This document shows positions 10,188 to 19,178 of a stretch of DNA of 64,000 nucleotides, in pieces. The notes under the pieces are model-generated. The model had not been told where the DNA came from. It saw nothing but the letters and a program-made list of their open reading frames with translations, and did not search any database. A program made the position numbers and the translations under genes. The stretch's first letter is position 1; each line of letters starts with the position of its first letter. The DNA is from Blastocatellia bacterium (GTDB taxonomy: Bacteria > Acidobacteriota > Blastocatellia > UBA7656). Location: assembly GCA_035249305.1 (NCBI GenBank), contig DATFGQ010000084.1:3156-67155 (forward strand). The letters run 5' to 3'.

Positions 10188-11297
10188 ATGCAAAATCGCG
10201 GTAAGCGGATTCTATTATTACTGCCCGAAGTCTTCGGGAGCGCTGGCGGGATACAGATGTTTTGCCGCGCGCTCTGTTATGGCGCGGGTCGCTGGGCGCA
10301 AAAAAATGGGGCCGAGGTGAGCGCGCTCGTGCTGAACGACAATGCCGCGCCCGACGCGCGCTACGTCGATGGCGGCTTCCGCTCTTACATCACGAGCGGC
10401 GGGAGCAAGGCGAAGTTTATTAAGAGCTACGTGCAGCAATCGGCCGCCTTCAACCCTGATCTGGTGATAGTCGGACACATCTCTCTGTCGCCGCTCTCGC
10501 TGATAAGCAGGCGGGCTAAGAGCTGTGTTATTGCTTACGGCATAGAGGCGTGGCGCAAGCTTTCGCAAGTCGAAAAGCGCGCTCTCGAACGGGCCGAACG
10601 CCTGCTCGCCATAAGCGAGTACACGCGAAGCGAGCTTTGCAGGCTGAACTCGTTGCCGGAAACTAAGGTCGATATCTTCCCCTGCTCGCTCGACCCTCAC
10701 TGGACGGCGGAGGAGTTGCCCGCGCCGGAAACTGCTAGCCCGCCTTTGCTGTTAACGGTGAGCCGTTTGAACCAGAGCGATTCTTACAAGGGCGTCGACA
10801 GCGTGATCGAATGTCTCCCCGATGTCGTGGATTGCGTCGGCCCGGTCGATTATAGAATCGTAGGCGGCGGAGACGACATGCCGCGGCTTCGCGCGCTAGC
10901 CGAGCGGCTCGGCATTATCGACTACGTCACCTTCACGGGCGAGGTAAGCGACGGCCAGTTGCGCGACCTTTACAAACGCTGCTCGCTGTTCGTGATGCCG
11001 AGCGAGGCCGAAGGCTTCGGCATAGTCTTTCTCGAAGCGATGGCTTACGGAAAGCCGATCATCGGCGGCGCGCATGCCGCCACGCCTTCTGTGGTCGAGC
11101 ACGAACAGACCGGTTTGCTGGTCGAAAGAAAGGATGTCGCGGCCATTGCTCAGTCGATAATACGAATCTTGAAAGATGACGATTTGCGCTTGCGGCTGGG
11201 CAGCGCGGGCCGCCGCAGGCTCGTCGACAGGTTTACGTTCGAGAGCTTTGAATCGAACCTCGACCATCTCCTGAAAGTCCTGAGTGCTGAGTCCTGA
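10188..11297 (+). CDS. Glycosyltransferase family 1; the last codons lie inside a heptad repeat
   Basis: Motifs are ILLLLPEVFGSAGGIQ and MPSEAEGFGIVFLEAMAYGKPIIGG. The C-terminus ..KVLSAES* is encoded by the CTGAGTS repeat at 11277-11313. Confidence 0.8.
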   Translation: MQNRGKRILLLLPEVFGSAGGIQMFCRALCYGAGRWAQKNGAEVSALVLNDNAAPDARYVDGGFRSYITSGGSKAKFIKSYVQQSAAFNPDLVIVGHISLSPLSLISRRAKSCVIAYGIEAWRKLSQVEKRALERAERLLAISEYTRSELCRLNSLPETKVDIFPCSLDPHWTAEELPAPETASPPLLLTVSRLNQSDSYKGVDSVIECLPDVVDCVGPVDYRIVGGGDDMPRLRALAERLGIIDYVTFTGEVSDGQLRDLYKRCSLFVMPSEAEGFGIVFLEAMAYGKPIIGGAHAATPSVVEHEQTGLLVERKDVAAIAQSIIRILKDDDLRLRLGSAGRRRLVDRFTFESFESNLDHLLKVLSAES

Positions 11298-11570
11298 GTG
11301 CTGAGTGAAAGCCCCGCAGGGCGCAATTCGATCAACCTTGGTGAGACGATATTCAACAGCACGAGACTAGAAGCCCCAAAGGGGCGGCGATTCAATAGCC
11401 CGGCGCAACGCGCCGGGTGACGCACGCATACAACGAGAAGCCCTGAAAGGGCGCGATACTTATATCGCCCTTTCAGGGCTTATGATTTATGACAATCCGT
11501 TTCCAGGGGCGGTGCCCCTGGCTATTAAATCGCGCCCCTGCGGGGCTTTCACTCAGCACTCAGCACTCAG
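11277..11570. repeat. Composite element: a family C mosaic palindrome nested between family A heptad arms
   Basis: The left arm ..ctgagtcctgagtgctgagtgaaagccccgcagggcgc (11284-11324) pairs with the right arm cgcgcccctgcggggctttcactcagcactcagcactcag (11531-11570), with about 36/40 complementary. The interior has the modules gaagccccaaaggggcg, attcaatagcc, cccggcgcaacgcgccggg, the central hairpin gaagccctgaaagggcgcgata/tatcgccctttcagggctt (11437-11481), ccaggggcggtgcccctgg and ggctattaaat. Confidence 0.9.
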
Positions 11571-11576
11571 AATAGT

Positions 11577-13493
11577 ATGTGCGGAATCGCGGGAATAATA
11601 AGCAATAACCTGCCCGACATCGCGCGGCGCATCGAACGCATGAGCGAGTCGGTAGCCCATCGCGGGCCTGACGCCGCAGGGCTCGAAGTGTGGACAGACG
11701 GCGCGCGGCGGGCCGCTTTCGCCCACCGCAGGCTCGCGATAATCGACCTGTCAGAGTCCGGCCGTCAGCCCATGCAGACCGACGACGGCCGCTACTCGGT
11801 TATCTTCAACGGTGAGATTTATAACTACCTGTCATTAAGAGAATCGCTCGCCTCTGACGGCGTAGAGTTCGGCTCGAACACCGACACAGAGGTCTTTCTG
11901 CACCTGTATAAAAAGTATGGCCGGGATTGTCTACGCTTCCTGCGCGGGATGTTCGCTTTCGCGCTCCGCGACCGCGAGACGGGCGAGGTCTTCGCCGCGC
12001 GCGACCGGCTAGGCATAAAGCCGTTTTATTATTACTGCGACGGCTCTCTTTTCGTCTTCGCTTCGGAGATTCGCGCACTCCTTTCTTCCGGGCTCGTCCC
12101 GCGCGAGATTGACGCGACGTCGCTGAGCTCTTATCTGAGTTTCGGGGCCGTCCAGGAGCCTCGCACGATAATCAAGAATGTGCGGTCGCTCCCGCCGGCT
12201 CACTACGTCACCATTGAGTCGAGCGGAGCCGTCAAAGAGATTGCGCCTTACTGGCAACTGCCCGAGCCTTCCGCGTGCCGCGACCGCAAGCAGGCTGTCG
12301 AAGAGACGCGCGCGCGCCTCGAAGAGAGCGTGCGTCTTCACCTCGTCTCGGACGTGCCGCTCGGCGCTTTCCTGTCGGGCGGGATAGATTCAAGCTCGAT
12401 CGTCGCCTTTATGAGCAAGCAGGCCGCCGGTCGCGTGAACACTTTTTCGGTCTGCTTTCGCGAGCAGGAATTCAGCGAGAGCGCGCTGGCCCGCGTGGTG
12501 GCCGAAAAGTGGGGCACTTCGCACACCGAGATAGCTCTGTCTGAAGAGGAGATGCTCGCGGCGCTGCCCGACGCCATCTCAAGCATAGACCAGCCGACCA
12601 TAGACGGCATAAACACCTGGGTGATCTCGCGGGCGACAAGGCGGGCGGGCATCACCGTGGCGCTGTCGGGGTTGGGCGGCGACGAGCTGTTCGGCGGCTA
12701 CCCGAGTTTCAAACGCGCGCGCGCCATCGATCGCTACCTCTCGCCGATGGCCCGGCTTAACCCTTCGCGGCGGCGGCAGGTGGCGGCCGTTGCCGCGCGC
12801 GTGATGGGCGACACGCTCAGGAGCCAGAAAGTTGCTTCGGCGATCACCGAAGGGGGCGATCTTTTGGCTTCGTACTTGAGCATGCGAGGGCTCTTTTCGA
12901 AAGCCGCGCGCCGTGATCTGATGAGAGAGAGCGCGCGCGAGGCGATCGATGCGGATCACGAATACGACATGCCCGCCGAAGCGCTGGCTCTGATCGAAGG
13001 CGGCGACGAGTCGGACGTGTTCAATCGAATCTCGCGTTACGAGATGAGCTTTTACATGGCGAACATGCTTTTGCGCGATACGGACGCGATGAGCATGGCG
13101 AGCGCGCTTGAGGTCCGTGTGCCTATGCTCGATCACGAGCTTGTCGAATGGGTTTACGCGCTGCCGGGCGAGATGAAAAAGGGCCGTGCGCCTAAGCAGC
13201 TTTTGATAGAGGCGCTGGGCGCGGACTTGCCCGCGGAGATCGTCGAGCATAAGAAGATGGGGTTCGCGCTGCCGTTCGAACGCTGGCTGCACACGTCGCT
13301 CAGGCCATTCGTTTCCGACGTGCTGAGCGATTCTCAATCGATCGCGCGATCGGGGCTCGACGCCGCCGCGGTCGGCGACGTGGCGAGCAGCTTCGACGCG
13401 GGCGCGCGGTCGACTTCATGGACGAGGGTGTGGGCGCTTACGGTGCTCGTCGACTGGTGCAGGCGGCACGACGTTTCGATGCCGGAGTTTTAG
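11577..13493 (+). CDS. asnB: Asparagine synthase (glutamine-hydrolysing) family amidotransferase
   Basis: Has the N-terminal nucleophile MCGIAGI, a GATase-2 domain (HRRLAIIDLS..GRQPM) and the PP-loop LSGGIDSS. Length is 638 aa. Confidence 0.85.
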   Translation: MCGIAGIISNNLPDIARRIERMSESVAHRGPDAAGLEVWTDGARRAAFAHRRLAIIDLSESGRQPMQTDDGRYSVIFNGEIYNYLSLRESLASDGVEFGSNTDTEVFLHLYKKYGRDCLRFLRGMFAFALRDRETGEVFAARDRLGIKPFYYYCDGSLFVFASEIRALLSSGLVPREIDATSLSSYLSFGAVQEPRTIIKNVRSLPPAHYVTIESSGAVKEIAPYWQLPEPSACRDRKQAVEETRARLEESVRLHLVSDVPLGAFLSGGIDSSSIVAFMSKQAAGRVNTFSVCFREQEFSESALARVVAEKWGTSHTEIALSEEEMLAALPDAISSIDQPTIDGINTWVISRATRRAGITVALSGLGGDELFGGYPSFKRARAIDRYLSPMARLNPSRRRQVAAVAARVMGDTLRSQKVASAITEGGDLLASYLSMRGLFSKAARRDLMRESAREAIDADHEYDMPAEALALIEGGDESDVFNRISRYEMSFYMANMLLRDTDAMSMASALEVRVPMLDHELVEWVYALPGEMKKGRAPKQLLIEALGADLPAEIVEHKKMGFALPFERWLHTSLRPFVSDVLSDSQSIARSGLDAAAVGDVASSFDAGARSTSWTRVWALTVLVDWCRRHDVSMPEF

Positions 13494-13494
13494 T

Positions 13495-14700
13495 ATGAGC
13501 GCGTTAAGAGTGCTGCACATCATCCCGGCCGTAGCCGCCAGGTACGGCGGGCCGAGCCGCGCCATCTTCGAGATGTGCCGCGCGCTCGCCTCGCATGGCG
13601 CGGAAGTGCTCATCGCCACGACAGACGCCGACGGCCATGGTCACCTCGCGGTCGATAAAGAGATCGTCATCGATTATCAAGGGGCGCGAACGATCTTCTT
13701 CCGCAACGGGTGGAACGAGCGGTTTAATTACTCAGCCCCGCTCGCGCGATGGCTCGACGACAACGTGAAGCGCTTTGACGTGGCGCACATTCACGCCGTC
13801 TTCTCGCACCCTTGCATCGCGGCGGCAATAGCCTGTCGCAAAAGTGGTGTGCCTTACATCGTTCGCCCGCTCGGGAGCCTCGACCCCTGGAGCATGAAAC
13901 AGAAACGGATGCGCAAGCTCTTGATGTGGCGCGCGGGCGCGGGCCGCATGCTGCGCGAAGCCGCGGCAATTCATTACACGACCGCCGATGAGCGGCGGCT
14001 TGCCGAAGCCTCGCTCGCGCTCGATAACGGCGTGGTCATCCCGCTCGGCATAGAGACGGACAATCTTCAAGGCCGCGGCGTGAAAGAGCTCTTTCGGCCG
14101 CGGCAAGCGTCGCTCGGCGACCGGCCTTACCTGCTCACGCTCAGCCGCGTCCATCCGAAAAAGAATATCGAGCTGTTAATAGAAGCTTTTCTCGCGCTCG
14201 CCGCCGAGCCGGAATTTGATGAATGGCGATTGGTGATCGCGGGCGACGGCGAAGCCGCCTACATAGATTCGCTCAAGCTCATGGCCGACAAGAGCGGCGG
14301 CCGGGGCAGAGTCATTTTTTCAGGCTGGCTCGATGGGGACGAAAGAGTCGCGGCGCTCGCCGGGGCCGAGCTGTTGGCTTTGACTTCTCATCAAGAGAAC
14401 TTCGGGCTGGCCGCGGCGGAGGCGCTCGCTTGCGGCGTGCCCGTGATCGTAAGCACCGGCGTAAACCTCGCGCGCGAGATCGAAGCCGCGGGCGCCGGCT
14501 GGGTCGTCTCTCTCGACTGTCGAAGCTTGTCGAGCGCGCTTCGCGAAGCGCTCGCGGGCGAGCAGGAGCGCAAGCGGCGCGGGCGGGCGGGGCGCGAGCT
14601 GGCGGCCCGGCAGTTCTGCTGGCAGAAGCTCTCGGCCGACCTGATCGATCTTTACGCGCGCGTCGCCGGCAGAAGCGCCGAGATGTCGTCCGCCGTCTGA
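13495..14700 (+). CDS. Glycosyltransferase family 1
   Basis: Motifs are VLHIIPAVAARYGGPS, SRVHPKKN and TSHQENFGLAAAEALACGVPVIVS. Confidence 0.8.
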   Translation: MSALRVLHIIPAVAARYGGPSRAIFEMCRALASHGAEVLIATTDADGHGHLAVDKEIVIDYQGARTIFFRNGWNERFNYSAPLARWLDDNVKRFDVAHIHAVFSHPCIAAAIACRKSGVPYIVRPLGSLDPWSMKQKRMRKLLMWRAGAGRMLREAAAIHYTTADERRLAEASLALDNGVVIPLGIETDNLQGRGVKELFRPRQASLGDRPYLLTLSRVHPKKNIELLIEAFLALAAEPEFDEWRLVIAGDGEAAYIDSLKLMADKSGGRGRVIFSGWLDGDERVAALAGAELLALTSHQENFGLAAAEALACGVPVIVSTGVNLAREIEAAGAGWVVSLDCRSLSSALREALAGEQERKRRGRAGRELAARQFCWQKLSADLIDLYARVAGRSAEMSSAV

Positions 14701-14745
14701 CTTATAACTGTTTGCGATTGAATGCGGCCGGGGTAAGCAACTATT

Positions 14746-14783
14746 CCTTCGGAGTGCGCCGACTTGTCACCGCACTCCGAAGG
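14746..14783. terminator. Strong 13-bp GC-rich hairpin after the GT1 gene; possible terminator or attenuator, with no U-tract
   Basis: ccttcggagtgcg (14746-14758) pairs perfectly with cgcactccgaagg (14771-14783) around a 12-nt loop. Confidence 0.35.
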
Positions 14784-14847
14784 AGGCGCTGATTATTCCG
14801 GGCGCTCTCAAATACAATCCGCAATAGAAACATAGAAGGGAAACGAT

Positions 14848-15756
14848 TTGATACCTGTCACGCTGATCGTCACGACCAGGAACGAAGAGCGCAACATTGA
14901 AAAATGTCTCGCCAGCGCGCACGGCTTTATCGATCAGATGTTCGTCATAGACTCTGAAAGCACGGACCAGACGCGCGCCATCTCGGGCCGTTACGCGGAG
15001 GTCGTTAACCTGCCTTACGACCACACGAAGATCATCCCCTGGATTTATCAGTGGGGCCTCGATAACCTGGACGTGCGCAACGAGTGGGTGATGATTCTTG
15101 AAGCGGATCAGGAGCTCACCCCCGAGCTGAAGCGCGAGCTTGAGAAGCTCTTCTCCGGTCCCGAGATTGCCGAGAACGGTTTTTACGTCCGCCGCAGGCA
15201 AGTCTTTCGCGGCCACCCGCTCAGGTTCGGCGGGTACGGGTCGAAGTACATGCTGAAGCTCTTTCGGCGCGCGGCGGGCGAGCTCGACCCGGCCGAGACG
15301 GACACGCGCGTTTACGTCAAAGGCGAGGTCGGCACTCTAAAATCCCCTATCATCGAAGAGAACTTGAAAGAGAACGAGATTCTTTTCTATCTCGAAAAAC
15401 ATCTGCGCTACGCCGACGTGTTCGCGCGCGAAGAGCTGGAGCGCCGCCAGAAAGGATTCAACTGGAAGCAGCAGCCTCGGTTGTTCGGCACTCCCGACCA
15501 GCGCGTGTTGTGGCTCAAGCAGCTCTACTTCCGGCTGCCTCTTTACGTGCGGCCGTTCATCTATTTCTTTTACCGCTACATCATTCTCTTAGGCATACTC
15601 GACGGCAAGCAGGGCGGCATATTCCATTTCTTACAAGCCTTCTGGTTCAGGCTCGTCTGGGACATGAGGCTGGACGAGCTTGAGCGAAGCTCGAAGGCCG
15701 AAGTGCGCCAAAGCCAGCACGCCCGCGCCGTCGACGCGTCGAAGACTGAATCCTAA
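14848..15756 (+). CDS. Glycosyltransferase family 2 (WaaE/KdtX-like)
   Basis: The TTG start is preceded by gaaggga. Motifs are VTLIVTTRNEERNIEKCL, VIDSESTDQT and ILEADQ (DxD-like), with a C-terminal ILLGILDGKQGG. Confidence 0.75.
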   Translation: MIPVTLIVTTRNEERNIEKCLASAHGFIDQMFVIDSESTDQTRAISGRYAEVVNLPYDHTKIIPWIYQWGLDNLDVRNEWVMILEADQELTPELKRELEKLFSGPEIAENGFYVRRRQVFRGHPLRFGGYGSKYMLKLFRRAAGELDPAETDTRVYVKGEVGTLKSPIIEENLKENEILFYLEKHLRYADVFAREELERRQKGFNWKQQPRLFGTPDQRVLWLKQLYFRLPLYVRPFIYFFYRYIILLGILDGKQGGIFHFLQAFWFRLVWDMRLDELERSSKAEVRQSQHARAVDASKTES

Positions 15757-15779
15757 ATCTGCGTTCGGAGGAATTTGCA

Positions 15780-16787
15780 TTGAAGAAAAAAGCACTAATA
15801 ACGGGAATCACGGGACAGGACGGCAGCTACCTGGCGGAGCACCTTCTCGACCTCGGTTACGAAGTTCATGGGCTCGTCCGGAGGGTTGCGCTCGAAGACC
15901 CCGAGCGCAGGGTCGGCCGCATTGCGCACCTTTTAGACAGGCTGACTCTGCACCCGGCGAGCCTTGAAAGCTACCCGAGCATATTTCACGTCATCAGCCG
16001 GCACGATTTCGAAGAGTGCTACCACCTGGCAGCACAGAGCTTCGTGGCCGAGAGCTTCACCGACGGCTTTTCGACGATGAACACGAACATCAACGGCACA
16101 CATTACCTGCTGGCGGCGCTCAGAGAGCTGCGGCCGCGCTGCCGTTTCTACTTCGCCGGGTCGAGCGAGATGTTCGGCAAGGTGCGCACGACTCCCCAGG
16201 ACGAGGCGACGCCTTTCCACCCGCGCTCGCCTTACGGCATCAGCAAGGTCGCGGGCTTTCACCTGACTATGAACTACCGCGAGTCTTACGGGATGTACGC
16301 GCTGAGCGGCGTCCTCTTCAACCACGAGGGGCCGCGCCGCGGGTTCGAGTTCGTGACGCGCAAGATCACAAGCACCGTCGCGCAGATAAAGCTGGGCGCG
16401 GCGACCGAGCTGCGGCTCGGCAACCTTGAGGCGAAGCGCGACTGGGGCCACGCGAAAGATTACGTGCGGGCGATGCACATGATGCTTCAACAGCCCGAGC
16501 CCGACGATTACGTCGTCGCCACGGGCGAGACCCACTCTGTACGCGAGTTCTGCGAGCTCGCCTTCGCGGAAGTCGGGCTGGATTGGCGCGACTACGTGAA
16601 GTCGGACGAGCGGTTTTATCGCCCCGCGGAGGTCGACCTGCTGATAGGCGACGCGACGAAGGCAAGGCGCGTTCTGGGCTGGGAGCCCCGCTACACGTTC
16701 CAGGAGCTTGTGAAAGAGATGGTCGCGGCCGACCTTGAAGCCGAGGCCCAGACTTCGAGAAAACACCTGAAGTCCATCGAGAGATGA
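15780..16787 (+). CDS. gmd: GDP-mannose 4,6-dehydratase
   Basis: Motifs are KKALITGITGQDGSYLAEHLL, SSEMFG, SPYGISK (YxxxK) and LFNHEGPRRG. A GGAGG sits 8 nt upstream of the TTG start. Confidence 0.9.
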   Translation: MKKKALITGITGQDGSYLAEHLLDLGYEVHGLVRRVALEDPERRVGRIAHLLDRLTLHPASLESYPSIFHVISRHDFEECYHLAAQSFVAESFTDGFSTMNTNINGTHYLLAALRELRPRCRFYFAGSSEMFGKVRTTPQDEATPFHPRSPYGISKVAGFHLTMNYRESYGMYALSGVLFNHEGPRRGFEFVTRKITSTVAQIKLGAATELRLGNLEAKRDWGHAKDYVRAMHMMLQQPEPDDYVVATGETHSVREFCELAFAEVGLDWRDYVKSDERFYRPAEVDLLIGDATKARRVLGWEPRYTFQELVKEMVAADLEAEAQTSRKHLKSIER

Positions 16788-16790
16788 AGA

Positions 16791-16911
16791 TTCACCGCAG
16801 AGACGCAGAGAACGCAGGATGGCCGATGATGTGCTTCGCACGCGGCGGCGGCGCAGAGAAATAAATTCTGCTCTGCGTGAACTCTGTGGTTCTCTGTGTC
16901 TCTGCGGTGAA
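16791..16911. repeat. Palindromic intergenic element, family D (copy 1, one inner arm deleted)
   Basis: The outer arm ttcaccgcagagacgcagagaac (16791-16813) pairs with gttctctgtgtctctgcggtgaa (16889-16911). The inner ~75 nt (caggatggccgatgatgtgcttcgcacgcggcgg..gagagaaat.aattc.gctctgcg) is near-identical to 60971-61037. The element starts 3 nt after the gmd stop. Confidence 0.85.
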
Positions 16912-16922
16912 ATACCTTAACA

Positions 16923-18176
16923 ATGAAAGTGCTACTGCTGAATCAATGTTTTTATCCCGACGTGGTGTCGACGGCGCAGCACCTCACGGACCTTGCGCTC
17001 GGCCTCAGGGAGCGGGGCCATGAGGTGACGGTCGTCGCGAGCAGCCGCGGCTATGACGACCCGACCGCGCGATTTGAAAGCCGGGAAGTCTGGAAAGGCG
17101 TCCAGATCGTAAGGCTCCCGACGACGGGGCTGGGGAAGGGGAGAAGGTGGCGTCGCGCAGTCGATTTCGCGAGCTTCCTGGCGAGCTGCGCGTGGCGACT
17201 GAGCATGCTGCCGCGCTTCGATGCGGTCGTCGTGTTGACTTCGCCGCCGCTGATCTCGTTTCTCGCGGCGCTCTTCACGCGGCTCAAAGGGGGGCGGCTC
17301 GTCTTCTGGGTGATGGACCTCAACCCCGACGAAGCGGTTGCCGCCGGGTGGCTCAGAGGCGATTCCTTCACGGCCCGCGCGCTCGACCGCGTTCTGCTTT
17401 ACAGCCTGCGCCGCAGCCATCAGATAATCGCGCTCGACCGCTTCGCGAAAAAGCGCATCTCGGACAAGGGGGATTTCGAGCGAAAGACCGCCGTCATCCC
17501 GCCCTGGTCGCACGACCAGCAGGTCCGCTACGACGCAAGCGGCAGGGCCGAGTTTCGCGCCCAGCATGGGCTGTCGGACAAGTTCGTCGTGATGTATTCC
17601 GGCAACCACAGCCCCTGCCACCCGCTCGACACGCTGCTTGAGGCCGCGCGCCGTCTGGCCGGTAATCGAGAGATCGCTTTCTGCTTTGTGGGCGGCGGGA
17701 GCGAGTTTGCGAAAGTCAGGTCATTCGCGAAGCTTCACCATCTGACCAACGTAGTCTGCCTTCCTTACCAGCCGCTCGGCCGGCTGGCCGCTTCGCTTTC
17801 GGCCGCGGACCTCCACGTGGTAGTAATGGGAGACAGGTTCGTCGGCATCGTCCACCCCTGTAAGATCTATAACATACTCTCGATCGGCGCGCCGTTCCTC
17901 TACATAGGCCCGGCCGAGAGCCACATCGCCGACATCTCGTCGCGGGTCGGGCCGGACACCTGCCTGGCGCGCCACGGGGAAGCCGAGCGGGTGGCGGACG
18001 CGATACTTGAGCGCGCGCGCCGGTCGGGCGCGGGAGGGAGGCTCGAAACCGGGCGTAATGAAAATAACAGGCTCTCATGCGATTTTTCTATGGAAACACT
18101 GGTGCCTCGTATGATAAGAATTCTGGAAACGGCCCCCGAAGAGTTCCCCATGCGTGAGTCCGCGGCTTCAGGATGA
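16923..18176 (+). CDS. Glycosyltransferase family 1 (WcaI-like)
   Basis: Begins MKVLLLNQCFYPDVVSTAQHLTDLALGLRERGHEVTVV, an N-terminus typical of WcaI-type GT4 enzymes. Also has MYSGNHSPCHPLDTLLEAA. Confidence 0.7.
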   Translation: MKVLLLNQCFYPDVVSTAQHLTDLALGLRERGHEVTVVASSRGYDDPTARFESREVWKGVQIVRLPTTGLGKGRRWRRAVDFASFLASCAWRLSMLPRFDAVVVLTSPPLISFLAALFTRLKGGRLVFWVMDLNPDEAVAAGWLRGDSFTARALDRVLLYSLRRSHQIIALDRFAKKRISDKGDFERKTAVIPPWSHDQQVRYDASGRAEFRAQHGLSDKFVVMYSGNHSPCHPLDTLLEAARRLAGNREIAFCFVGGGSEFAKVRSFAKLHHLTNVVCLPYQPLGRLAASLSAADLHVVVMGDRFVGIVHPCKIYNILSIGAPFLYIGPAESHIADISSRVGPDTCLARHGEAERVADAILERARRSGAGGRLETGRNENNRLSCDFSMETLVPRMIRILETAPEEFPMRESAASG

Positions 18177-18188
18177 ACGGAGGTTTTA

Positions 18189-19178
18189 ATGTCGGATAAA
18201 GTAAGAGTGCTGGTGACCGGCGCGGGCGGGTTCATCGGCCACCACCTGGCGCGTTACCTCGTCGAGCGAGGTTACTGGGTTCGCGGCGTCGATATAAAAG
18301 AGCCTGAGTACGAGCCCACGGCGGCGCACGAGTTTTTGCAGCTCGACCTGCGCGATCAGGAGAACTGTTCGCGCGCGACGCGCGGCGTGGACGAGGTCTA
18401 CGGGCTGGCTGCGAACATGGGCGGCATAGGGTTCATAGAGACTAACAAGGCCGTCATAGTTCGCGACAACACGCTCATCAACATGAACTCGATCGAGGCG
18501 GCGCGCGAGAACGGCGTCAAGCGGTACCTCTACACTTCGAGCGCGTGCATCTACCCCGGCTATCTTCAGAACCAGCCGGACGTGACGCCTTTGAAAGAAG
18601 ATGACGCTTACCCGGCCGACGCCGAAGACGGCTACGGCTGGGAGAAGCTCTACATGGAGCGCGTCTGCCGCCACTACTGGGAAGACTTCGGGCTCGAGAC
18701 GCGCGTAGTCCGTTTCCACAACATCTTCGGCCCGCTCGGGACCTACGACGGCGGGCGCGAAAAATCCCCCGCGGCGATCTGCCGGAAGGTAGCCCTGGCT
18801 CGCGAGACGGACGAGATAGAGGTCTGGGGCGACGGCGAGCAGACGCGCTCTTACTGCTACATCGCCGACTGCGTCGAGGGCATACACCGGTTGATGCGGA
18901 GCTCACACCGCGAGCCGATAAACCTCGGCCAGGACCGTATGCTGTCGATCAACGAGCTGGTCGACATAGTAGCGCGCATCGCGGGCAAAACGATAACGAA
19001 GCGATACGACACGACGAAGCCCCAGGGCGTCAGGGGCCGCAACAGCGACAACACGCGTCTGCGAGAAGTTCTCGGGTGGGAGCCGCGCGTTTCGCTTGAA
19101 GAGGGGCTCGCCGTGACCTATAAGTGGATAGCCGGAGAGCTACAAAAGAAGTCCAAAGTGCTGAGTGCTGAGTCCTGA
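18189..19178 (+). CDS. NAD-dependent epimerase/dehydratase (extended SDR), GDP-mannose 3,5-epimerase-like
   Basis: Has the Rossmann motif VTGAGGFIGHHL. ANMGGIGFIETNKAVIVRDNTLINMNSIEAARENGVKRYLYTSSACIYP closely resembles the GME signature region, and YxxxK is YGWEK. The C-terminus ..KVLSAES* is repeat-encoded. Confidence 0.7.
   Translation: MSDKVRVLVTGAGGFIGHHLARYLVERGYWVRGVDIKEPEYEPTAAHEFLQLDLRDQENCSRATRGVDEVYGLAANMGGIGFIETNKAVIVRDNTLINMNSIEAARENGVKRYLYTSSACIYPGYLQNQPDVTPLKEDDAYPADAEDGYGWEKLYMERVCRHYWEDFGLETRVVRFHNIFGPLGTYDGGREKSPAAICRKVALARETDEIEVWGDGEQTRSYCYIADCVEGIHRLMRSSHREPINLGQDRMLSINELVDIVARIAGKTITKRYDTTKPQGVRGRNSDNTRLREVLGWEPRVSLEEGLAVTYKWIAGELQKKSKVLSAES

Noticed and set aside
11277-11570. 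The possibility that the repeated intergenic elements are CRISPR arrays.
   Set aside because: There is no regular repeat-spacer periodicity. The repeats are inverted and nested rather than direct, the copies are dispersed singly, and no cas genes are in the window.
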